Source: Lama guanicoe
Taxonomy: Eukaryota
Assembly: GCA_013239625.1 (NCBI GenBank)
Contig: MU053504.1
Coordinates: 1,930,607 to 1,994,606 of the forward strand
Direction of reading: 5' to 3'
DNA: 64,000 bases
Position numbers and translations under genes: made by a program. The notes beneath the pieces are model-generated. The model made no database searches, was not told the DNA's origin, and was given only the letters and a program-made list of their open reading frames with translations. Below are positions 26,201 through 38,200 of the stretch, piece by piece. The first letter of the stretch is position 1; each line of letters starts with the position of its first letter.

Positions 26201-29200
26201 AGATAGCAAAATAAAAAACACATGGATAGCATCTATAAGAAAACTTGCTCAGAAGGCATCTACACTTATGTGTGGGGCTGAACCACTGACAGATACAGGA
26301 CTCGTGCTATATCAGCATCTGTGTAGGAGTAAGCGCGCCCACCAACAGTAAACCCAAAGACCTGCTGGAAAGCTTGGCAAGCTGCTTTGAGAATAGTAGC
26401 TGGGACTGGGAAGATTTTGCACATAGTCGGGGGCTGGGGGTGTGAGTTTAAGGCATCTGTAGTAGGATTTGAAGGGGCTAGAGCAGTTTGTGCCTTATTA
26501 AATCTCAAAATGAACCAGCCAAGGTCTCTTTGTAGGAGAAAGTCCCACACTAAGGAGGAACTGCTGGGAATAGAATTCAAATTGGACAGGACAGGGACAG
26601 CAGAGGAAAAGCAAAAGAAACTCCAGGTATCAGTGAGGGAGGGGAACAGAGCCAGGAGATCTCAACAAGCAAGCTGCCGGATACTTGGACACTATAGTAC
26701 AAGAGCAGAAGAGGAGCTAGTAGAGAGCTGAGAAATTAGAAAAACTGTGTTAAGTCAAGCCTTTCCTATAAAAGAGCTCAGGAAAAAGTAATTTTACTTA
26801 AACTATAGCAACAGAAAAATATCAAAGTCAAATCTCATAGAAAGTCATTACAAAAAAGAAGAAAATAAGTAGAATAACATTCCTTAATGCATGAAAACAG
26901 AAAAATAATTTCACAAAACTGACAAAAATTATAACTTAGTCTTCCAAAATAAGCTAAAATACAATAAGGAAAAAATGATAAAAGACATGAAAGAACAGTG
27001 TAACCAGAACTAGAAAAATTCAGAAATGAGATGAAAGAAGTTAGGAAGGAATTTTAAAATAACTTCATAATTGAAGACAAACCTAGAAGGCACACAGAGT
27101 AAATAAACAGATACTCCTTTAAAAATAGAGTATGAAAAAGGAGATTTTTAAAAATCATAAAGAAATGAAGGTCATTTTCCTCTATCCTTTGTGTGATAAG
27201 TGAAGTTAAAAACTCTGGACATTATAAATAAATCAAACATGAGAAAACTTTGAAGAAAAAGGTAGTCTTGCTAGGTGTCACCTGTCCTTTGTTCTCATTT
27301 AGAGAGTTACCTGGGGAGGAATCCACTCCAAGCTCAGGTTGTTGGCAGAATCCATTTCCTGGTGGTTGTAGGACTGAGGGCGCTGACTTTGTGTGGGCTG
27401 TCACCTGGAGGCCACCTGTTCCTTATCACTACAGCTTCCCCAGTGTGGCTGGCAGGTCAGAAGAAGAGAATCTGGACTGAATCTGCCATCAGGATAGAAT
27501 TTCCATGACATCTTATCATCTTTGGTGGTAAAGATGGCATTCTCTCGGTTAGAAGCAAGTCATAGATCCTGCTCACACTTGAAGGGAGGCTATTATATAC
27601 ATAGGTAGGAACACCAGGAGGCAGGGGTCATGGGGACCACCATGATGTCTGTCTGCCACAATATGTCAGCAGATCTTGTTAGCTCTGCCTTTAAAATCTA
27701 TCCCCAATCAAACCACTTCTCACTACTTCTAGTGCTCCTGCCCTGAGAAGTAAAGGTAAAATTAAAGGTGTGAAAGTGACCCTTCCAACTGTCAAACTAG
27801 ATATGATGAGAGTCATTTATTGTACCATTTATGTGATTTTTACCCTTGTACCTGGCATTTTCCTCCCTTGAAGCAAGAAATCTGGGGGTCATTTTGATAC
27901 TTCCTCTACTTTGTCTCTCATAACATAATTTCATATCAAGCCCATCAACCCTGTCACCAAATACATGTCAGATTCACTCTTTTCTCTCTAAGACCAACCT
28001 GCTAATATCTCTCCTCTAGACTTCAACAGTAGGTTCCTATCAAGTCTTTTTCCATTCATTCGTCTTAATCCATTTCCTAAGTGTCAACTGGGATGATTTT
28101 TTTAAGGTATTACATTTTATCGTTTACTACCTTCTTAAAACGCTTCAGTGACTTCCTGCTGGACTTAATGGTCCTACCTGTTCTGCCCGCTGCTGACCTC
28201 CCAGACTCTTACCGTTCTCCTCTCGCCCCAGCAGCCTTTTTTCTTTACCTAATCCTCACCGTCAGTGTCCTTACTCTTGCTGTGCCCTCCGTCTAGACTG
28301 TTCCTGCCGTTGTACCTCAGGGCTGTTTTTTTCTCACCCTCAACATATCACATCAGTTAACTGTCCCACAGTGAGATCCTCCCTGATCATCCAGGACAGA
28401 CGATTCTCCCTGTCCTTTTTCACAGTCCTCATTTCCTTCAGAGCAGTGTTCATAATTTTTAATTCTGCCCGTGCCCATTGTTGTGCGTCCTCATTCTCTG
28501 CCTTTTCCATGACGTTCTCCAAGGTTAGAGACCTTGTTTACTCACTCATTTCAGCTTAGCTCACAAAATGTGCTCAAATAAGTATTTATCAAATGATTGA
28601 GAGAGTAACTGAATTGTCTGTTTCCTTCACAAACATTTGTTCTTAGAAATATTAATGTCACCGATTGCTTTTATTTGACTGGTATACCTCATGATCCACA
28701 TTTGTTTTTTAGATTGTAACATTTTTTTTCTGCTTGGACTTGATCAAAGCATGATTTTTATAGCTTTATATATTTTGTGTAAATACTAATAAAGCTTCAA
28801 AATTTTTTACTAACTCATGAAAAGTAAATATAATGACCCCTTTTAGATGAAGTATTTCTGAAACTTAGACTACAAATTTTATCATCATCTCTACTCTATA
28901 TAAGCGTTTTCTATTTCAGGAATTGTGCTAATTTTTATATTCTCTACAACCCTGTTAACCCAGAGCTTTTAAGTTGCATTAAAAAGCAGTTCCCATTTTA
29001 TGTCACTCAAGGGTTCTCTTGCAAAACAAATGGTGGTGTTCTCTTGGGTTAAGATTTCCAATTGAAACTTCATCATTGAATTTCCCTTGAGCAAAAAAGA
29101 GTTTTTTGGTTTTTTTTTTTTAAGTTAAAAGAAATAGTAAGAAATTGAGCAACAAGATAAGGAGCATCACCTAACCCAGTAAACTTAAAATTAAAACAGA

Positions 29201-32200
29201 CACAGAAACAGCAAGACTGACCCCTTCTCTACGACATAGAAACCATACAGGTGAAATTCTGAGAGTTCTCCCTAAAAGCCCCAAATCTAGAAAGAAGCAA
29301 ACTGAATGGGTTTTGTGTTGTTTTATAAAAGCCTTTTAACTAAAGAGTAGGAGAAATAGTTGCTGAAGAGGATCAGGTGAAAAGGGGGGAATTTGATCAA
29401 GTGATTGACACACAGCCCATAAGTCAGGGCTTCTATTTAATTTGTATATCCCAAATTTTGAACCCTGGGATAGGACACAAAGAAAATCTCAGAGGCAAAT
29501 AGAGTCTGGATATTTTATTCTAATAGACTGAGCGCACACACAACCCTTCTGAGCCCCAACATTTCTCCAGACTTCAGAGAAGTGGATGGAACGTAAAATG
29601 CCAACTCTCATACTAAAGCTAGGATGGAAAGATAAACTTGTCTTAGATAAGGTGGAAAAAGAGCTAAAAAATCACCCACATTTTGCAAATATATCTGGAA
29701 AGCAATGTCTAACCACAGCAAGATGAAAGAAGTGACATTGTAGCAAATGCAGGTATCTGTGGTGAAAAACTAGAGAGGACAAAAGAACACAGCATATAAA
29801 CCTCACCTTATCATTTCCTACCTTCTTAAAACGCATCAGTGACTTCCCATTTGATTTAATGGTCCTACCTGGTCTGACCGCTAAGAACTATTCATAGAGG
29901 AAAAGTAAGTTAAGGAGCAGGAGATTGCTTCTGACTGCTTTCTGCAATAGATCAGTTTAATGAAAATTTGAATTCAGAAAAACCAGCTGAAAGGGAAGAA
30001 GGTAATAATAACAATATGATGAAATGGGAAATTACACATGTAAATAAATATGAATAAATTACATACAGCAAAAACTAGTATGAAAATCGAATTTCTGACA
30101 GCTTAATAGACATGATTCCAATGAATACAGATGAAAAGGTCAATAAGAGAAAAGCAAAGACACATGGAAGACAGAAGATCCAGTGTATATAGATAATTGC
30201 TACAAGTAGATTGAAACAGTACAAGACATTTCAGGAAAAGTTTATAGTTGCTCGATAATAAGACCTGATTTGATCAAATTATTGAACTTTTAGGACAAGT
30301 TATTGGGTAGGAAGCCCCAGGTAGCTCTGTGCCTCCTCCTGTGTGGAGTCATGTTCAGTCTCTACAGAGCCTTTCCTGTGTGTCTTTGGATGGCTGGACA
30401 CTGATTGGAATACCAGGCCACTATGCGTGGCAGAGCGTGTGCCCTGTATCATGATGGACATTGTGTTAGCAGCCATCAAGGAGGAGGAAAGACGTGGCTG
30501 CACCTCTATGAGAGACACCTATTTCTGAATTCTTGAAGTTTTTCTTTGCTTGTCTGCATGTCCAGGTCTTAGAACTAGTTGTTCAGTATTCCATCATCTT
30601 GAACTCAGCTCCCAGAAGAGGGAGCATTTATTTGGTACTTGGCCTTTCTTACCTTTTATTGCTTTAGCTTTGTTCTTGCCTTGTGTTTGCCTCTCTGTGT
30701 TGTGAAGGGAGTGACAGCCTATTATGTACGTGTCTTTTGGCAGTTCACCTTAGCCAGGTTATGAGGACTTACTAGCACCTTAGTGTCTCTGACCAGTTCT
30801 TGGGCTGACATGTCATTGACTGAGGAAGAGTTAAAATGCATTAAGATACATATTGAGCACCTTCCATGTCACTTGAAAGAGATATGGATTGGATCACATG
30901 CAGACTTGTTTCTTTGCTCCCTCTCTTTCAAGCTTAAAGAAACAGGTTTCTGATGTGAGCAGAAGGTTTATATGTGTTTTCAGAAGGCATGCTAGTTCTT
31001 CTCAGGGAACACTTTCCACAGCCAAAGCACCACAAAAGTCACAGTGGTATGCAGTCCATTTGGTAAAAACATTTGGACGGATTTAAGTTATTTCTACCTG
31101 AAGTAAAGTACAATATTGTGTCTTTAAAAAATAGAGAAAGATATATATAAAACATATATTTAGAGAAAGAGGGAGGTAGGGAATAGGGAGGGAGGGGGAG
31201 GAGAGAATGAGAATGACTGAGATTTCTTAGGCTTCCAAGCAGAAAAGCAAACCACATAAACATGGAAAAAAATCAGACTGGCCTCAGACCTCTCCATTAG
31301 CAGCGTTTGATACCAGCAACATATAAGGGAGCAGCATCAGTAAAGTTGTGTGGAAAAGAAAGGATGGCCTGTGAATAGTATGCCCAGCCAAGATGTCACT
31401 CAGCTCTAAAGCTACCAAGCAGATATTCTTAAAAGAATTTCAGGAAAGGAGCACATACGAGCTCCACTAGGAAAAACCACTTGACAGTGAAATCCAGCTA
31501 ATTAAGAATTAAAAAGACTCAAGAAGTTGTGGTAAGAGAACTGTGAGGAGATTGATTCAACTAAAATATGGATCAGTAGTAAGTAACTATGGGATTATAG
31601 GTACAGGAGAGAATGTGAATGCTATGAACCTGGACAGTGTAAAAATTATATAACAAAAATTGGGAGGAGAAATGAGAGGACTGTGGGTGCTAAGGTTTTC
31701 ACATTCAAAGCAGGAAGTTAGTGGAGTCTGTGTGTCCAAAATTAAATTATATATAACTTTAAAATTAAAGTGAATTTAATCGCCAAACAGTTTTTTCATG
31801 TATTAAAAATGTAGACTTCAAAAATATATAAAACAATAGCTGGTACTGATTTATGTTACCATTTTGTTATATTTGCTTCAGATCATGTATGAAATATTTA
31901 AGACTAAAGGAAAGGTTTAGAGGAAAATAATGAATGCTGGTGCATTCATCATCCAGGTTAGGAGATAAAGAACATTGCTAATATAGTTAGGGCCCCTGGA
32001 TGCCCCTCCAAAATCCCAGAAATAATCAGTATCTTGATGTTGTGTTATTGGTTCACATGTATATCTTTACATTTTTAAATTTATTTATATATTTTTATTG
32101 AGATTTAGTTAGTTTACAATGTTTTATACACCTTTTAATATATATAAACATCTAGAATTCATGAATTTTCTAGTTTTAGTCTTTATAGAAACAATATTCT

Positions 32201-35200
32201 GCAGTTGGCTTTTTTAGCTTAACATTGTTTTGAGATTTATATTAATATATTGCTTTAGTGTATTTATTTTTCATTTTGTATAAATATTATACAGATACAC
32301 TGGATAATTTATTAATCCATTTTCTGTTGATGGACTATTATGGGTTTCTCTTTTTTGCTATTATGTTGTGATAAAACTTTTATATCTTGTTTACATATAA
32401 TAATGTTTTTAATTTTAAAAAGTATTCAGGGAAACTTATAAAAATACGAACATTTAAAGTATAATAATAGCATTGATTTCCCTTTGGTTTCTTTTTTCTG
32501 TTAAATTATATAAAAATTAAAATTACACTTAGTTAAATGTATCATCTACATTATGATCTCCTTTGTATAAATATATATATTATCAATCTATTCTTCTGTC
32601 TGTATGTATGCATAGAAAAATGTCTGGAATGATGTTTATTTGTTGTTAATGATATTCATTTCTAAGTGGCAGACTGTGGGTCATTTTTAAGTTTTTAGCT
32701 CTTTATTTTTTTGCATTGGTTACATTTTTCATAATGAGTATGTATAATTTTAATGAAAACAGTAGAGTATGTTCCTCAAAAACAAAGTGAATATTCTAAG
32801 ATTGAATGTGATTAATGCTGCAATGTAGACTATAAATGATTTTCTTTGGGGTATTTTTTATATTTTAATTGTCTTTAAATGCACTCATAGTATAATTGAA
32901 ATGCCATAATGATATTCTAGGGTTTTTTTTTAATATTACTTTTTAAAATCAATTAGATAAAGAAAAGGAAAGGCTAGGAATTTTTTAAAACTGAGTTACC
33001 GTTCCTTTTTTAGTACGTGTCTTAAATTTTGCATGATTAAAGGAAAGAAAAGTTGTGGTTATACCTTGAGTATAGTGCAACCTGCAAGTGATTTAGTGTG
33101 TAGAAGATGTTTTGAGGAAGTGTTAGAAACTTCCGGTAGATTTTATTTCTTTTTCTTCCCAGGGCTGTACAGCCCAGCATCCCCTTCCTAAGTACTTACA
33201 TGCCCAGTGGGGCCAGGTGTTAAGTTTGTTTGCCCAGGTACCTCCCCATATCCATTACAGGTTTAGTGAGCATCTCCAAACTGGATTACATCACAAGTAA
33301 AGGCTCAAGATGTTCTGTTTTGTCCTTTGGGTAAAATATGATCTGTTTGTTTTGTAGGTATGACCTTGCTTCTAGAGAGTGGCTTACACTGAACCGGTCT
33401 GTGAACAATGTGGTTGTTAGATATGGACATTCTTTAGCATTATACAAGGTAAAATGTCTCCACTCTGTACTAAACTAGAAACTCAACTCTTCCACAGTTT
33501 CTTTACCATATTATGTGGTTGAAAAACTATTCAGTGTTGGATTTTTTTCCTAATCTTTTTTTTATTGTGGTAAAATACATGTGACATCAAATTTACCATG
33601 TTAGTAGCTATTTTTAAGTGTACACTTCAGTGATAAAAAATTCATTCATAACGTGCAGTTGTAATCACCAGTCATCTGTGTATCTCTTAATCTTGTAAAC
33701 TGCAACTCTATATCCATTAAATAATAATTCCCCGCCCCCTCCTCTCCCCAGGCCCTGGCAACCACCATTCTACTTTCTGTCTCTGATTTTGACTTCAGTG
33801 TTGATTTTGGTTGGAAAACTTTCTCATTTAGGAGGTATATGAGTGGCTAAGTTCTAAGTGGAAATTAAAATTGAAAATACTTTAACCTGAGAGATTTTAA
33901 TGGATTCACATTGTACTGGGATAGATTGTGGTACTAAATGGTTAAAAATTAATATAATACAGATTAGCCTTTTATGTTCATGAGCAAGTTTAGCCAAGAA
34001 TAGCCATATTACAATATAACTGAATAATTATTATCATTTCCTTATTTGGTAGTTTATTTCAACTTTATTTTTCCAAGTCATTTTATATTGTAAAAAATCT
34101 TGCATGACAAAGTCCAAGAAAAGTGGTAAAGTGTTAGAGACATAGGATATGATTTATTTTATTTTGTTCCTTTCTCCATCCTTCTAGTAATTTACTGAAA
34201 GGTGCTTTTCACTAACACTTTTTAAGCTAAGAGTAATACTGAGGTTTTGAACTGTTCTCTGTTCTTAGTTTTGATCCTTTTGATGTTTTTTAGAATTTTG
34301 TTTACATTTTTTTTCTAGGATAAAATTTATATGTATGGAGGAAAAATTGATTCAACGGGGAATGTGACCAATGAGTTGAGAGTGTTTCATATTCATAATG
34401 AATCATGGGTCTTGTTGGCCCCTAAAGCAAAGGAGCAATATGCAGTGGTCGGGCACTCGGCACACATTGTCACTTTGAAAACTGGCCAAGTGGTCATGCT
34501 GGTTATCTTTGGTCACTGCCCTCTCTATGGATATATAAGCAGTGTGCAGGAATATGACTTGGGTAGGTATTTTTTTTCAGTGAATCTTCTGAATGTTGGA
34601 TTTAAAACCTTTACCCTTATTATTATGACCTAAGTTTAACAGTATTCAACCCAACATTGACCCAGTACTTCATCTTGAAATACAGTTAACATTGATGAGT
34701 TGCCAGTGAAATTTAGATTATTAGTGCTGCTATGTAGTACAGATTTCTTACTGTCAGTTTGGTAAGGAGGCAAAGACTGTACTAAAAGCTTTGGATGTTG
34801 AAAATAAATAAATAAAAAGGCTTTAAAAAACAAATACTCTGAAGAAAAAAAAATTTGGATAGCCCTTTAGAGATTGGTTTAATGCAGTGTAATTTCCCCT
34901 TGATACATAATCTTACCTTTGGTTAAATTTTACTGTATTTGTTCTTGTGGATGTAGATGATACTTTGAGAATGTAGGCCCATAAAGTACATCTGTGTATT
35001 AGTCCATAAAGGTCATGGGGAATTTAGTGTTCAGTTGAGGGAGGGTCTGAGTCTTTTAAACTTAATGTAATTCTTTTCCTACATGGCATATCAGGACATT
35101 TGAAAGATTGAAGTTTTTGGCCACCTGGTTTTGTTATAAATTTTAGGTGGCCTTCCTTCAAAAATAAAAAAATTAAAGAAAGTTACATGTATCAAGTCTC

Positions 35201-38200
35201 CTGAAATTTCTTCTCTTTTCCTGAGCTAATTGGTAATTTTAAGTATTCGAGAGGAGGAGTGTGCGATGTTTGCCTTTAACTGTTTGCCTTTTCCAGATAA
35301 GAACACATGGAGTATATTACAAACCCAGGGTGCCCTTGTCCAAGGGGGCTATGGCCATAGCAGTGTCTATGACCAGAAGACGCGGGCCCTGTATGTTCAT
35401 GGAGGCTACAAGGCTTTCAGCGCCAACAAATACCGGCTTGCTGATGATCTCTACAGATACGATGTGGACACCCAGATGTGGTGGGTGCTTTTTCTTGAGT
35501 TTTCACTTTAAGGTGTGAATGCTGGCAATTACTGGGAAAAATACTGTGCTACATTTTTGTTTTCAGGCCTAGCGGATAATTCTCTTTAGCATTGTAAATA
35601 GAGAAATTGTGAAATATGTAGAAGATAATAAAGTAGTATCTATAAATTTGTAGCAGGTTGATTAGAAAATGCTTTGTATTTTTTTGACTGGTTTTCATTT
35701 TGCATATACTTAGTACCATGGTAAGATTTTAGCTTTTCAGAATCCTAAGGGATAAATTGTTCTACATAGCTGTGTTTATGCACGCTATTGTAATTAAGCA
35801 GAATACATCCATTTTTAACATTTTGTTGGTGACCAAGGTGTTATCATTGTGGTCAGTTAGTGGCATCATTCCATGAAGTCATCAAACAGGGGTAGTTTCA
35901 GTACCTGAAAGTCAGAGCTCTACTCACTCTGCTGTATATTGGTTTATATAAAATAGGCTAGTTTTGATAAACATAAAGCAAATTTGAGTTATGAAATGAT
36001 GTAATTATAAAGCGATGATTTCTATTTTTGTCTTTCCTTACATATATGAGACCATGCTGTGGATACCATTTTACATCGTCATTAAAACTGTTGTTTTTAG
36101 TGGCTATGTAATACTCCATCGTTAGGGTATAATGAGCCTGTACAGTTGGAAGTTTTGATTTCTAGCTTTCATCTTATTAATAAAGCATTGTATGTAAGCT
36201 TCCTTCTGTATGTCACATGATTTCTACTCAGAAACTAGAATTATAGGGTCATAGGGTATGAACATTTTTAAGACTTTTTATTTGTTTTATCAAAATTTGC
36301 ACAAATTTTTCAGATTTTACAGGTTTACTTATTGTTGAGAAAGTTTCTTATGTACAGTGAGAAATCTAGAAGTATTTGCACATTTGGATCTGAAGTTAAG
36401 AAAATGGTTATGCTTATATTAGCAAATAGATGATAAACATTCTAAAGAACTAACCTTGTGTTTATTTTTTTTTAAATAAACCCAAAAGGACCATTCTTAA
36501 GGACAGCCGATTTTTCCGTTACTTGCACACAGCTGTGATAGTGAGTGGAACCATGCTGGTGTTTGGAGGAAACACACACAATGACACATCCATGAGCCAT
36601 GGAGCCAAGTGCTTCTCTTCAGATTTCATGGCTTATGACATTGGTAAGTTTCCCGAAGCTATTTTAGCCTCAAGAATCTTTTTTGTATATAAGCAACATT
36701 TTAAAAGAAACTGAAAATATTGCTAGTCAAAAATGGTCAAGCCATTTGAAAGAGGTCCGGATGGTATTTTTATGTTAATTTGACTAGTGGTGTACTCTGT
36801 TAAAAAGCATTACTTTATTAAATTATTTTTGAAGTCCGTCCTTTTAATTAGTCGAATGTTAATTTTTGAGGATGAGTTGGGGTGAGTGGGCTCTCTCCTG
36901 TGTTACAAGTGAAAGCCTTACAGAGTAGTGTTATGTAGTTGTGACCACCAGCATCGTGCTAAGTTCGTTTAAGTAGCTTTATCTCATTCCCTAGAAACCA
37001 GTTTCACACATTCTTGATGTAGTACTTGAAGGGAATTTTTTTTTAATTTGGTGTGGTAATATACTTGACCAGAAGAGGGCAATATTTGTTCATGCAAAAC
37101 TAATATTAGAAATTCTTTTGTATAAATATCATCAGATGTTCTTTTTAAACAGACACTTATGTACCAGCCACTGAGTTCATAGGCACAAAATTCTTAAAAG
37201 TTTTAAAGATTTTACATGTTTACTTATTGTACAGTGAGAAAGTTACTTATATACAGAGAGAAATCTAGAAGTAAAATGAGTAAGTTACAGCCCTTGGCCT
37301 CATGGTGGGGGAGGCAGAGAACTGAGCAGACCGAATGATTGCAATTAATGTCAGGGTGTTCTTGCTCTGAGAATGATGTATGAGAGCACCTGTAAGCATC
37401 CCTTAACTCATGGCGGGTAAGGGTTATGGTGAGGAAAGGCCTTCTTGAGGAGGAGCCACCCAGGTAGGGTCCTGAGGAACACTGGGAAGTCGTCTGGGCC
37501 AAGTTAGGCAGAACTTCTTAGGCAAGGAAGCCCACGTGCAGAGTCACGTGGGATGTTGGGTGCATTCACTAATTGAAATTGCCGTGGAGTCCCCTACCTT
37601 TCTTCCGTGCGCACCGGTCTGTTGCTGCTGCGTTTTACCTCAGAAATAATGGTGTGACTGAGGAAAACTGAGAAACACATTTGTGTTTGTTGCCGTCTTC
37701 TTTCCCAAAGAAGATGCCAACTCCTGTTGATTGTGCATGACAGTTTCTTCTGAAATGTTTTTTTCTTGCTCCTAGCTTGTGACCGATGGTCAGTGCTTCC
37801 CAGACCTGATCTCCACCACGATGTCAACAGGTTTGGCCATTCAGCAGTCTTATATAACAGGTAATTGGAGAAGTGCTTGCTCCTCTTCTCTTGTGTTTAA
37901 AATGAAAGTGAAGTAAAATATGAAGTGAATTGGACTTACACATTATTCACAGGATTCCTTCATGCCATTAGTTTTTCACAGGATTGTGTAGGTATGAATT
38001 TCCTAATTTATATTGAAAATATTTGATATGGATTTGAATTCCTTCTGATGCCAAGTTTGTTGATGTGGTTTTGTTGGCACACGGGAGTAAGCTGTGTTTG
38101 GCATTGTCTGAGTGTGTGGGACAACAAAGTTGTGTGTAGTTACTGTCTTACGCCTGCTGCTTTTTGCTATTGTTTGTGGTGCTTAGGTTGTCAAGTTTCT

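Noticed and set aside
32151..32173. Imperfect palindrome tctagaattcatgaattttctag
   Set aside because: Short, AT-rich and inside decayed L1 sequence; expected by chance.
35475..35486. GTGGTG tandem donor at exon 9 allowing a 3-nt shift
   Set aside because: The upstream GT has a poor consensus, and the conserved Trp codon requires the donor at 35481.
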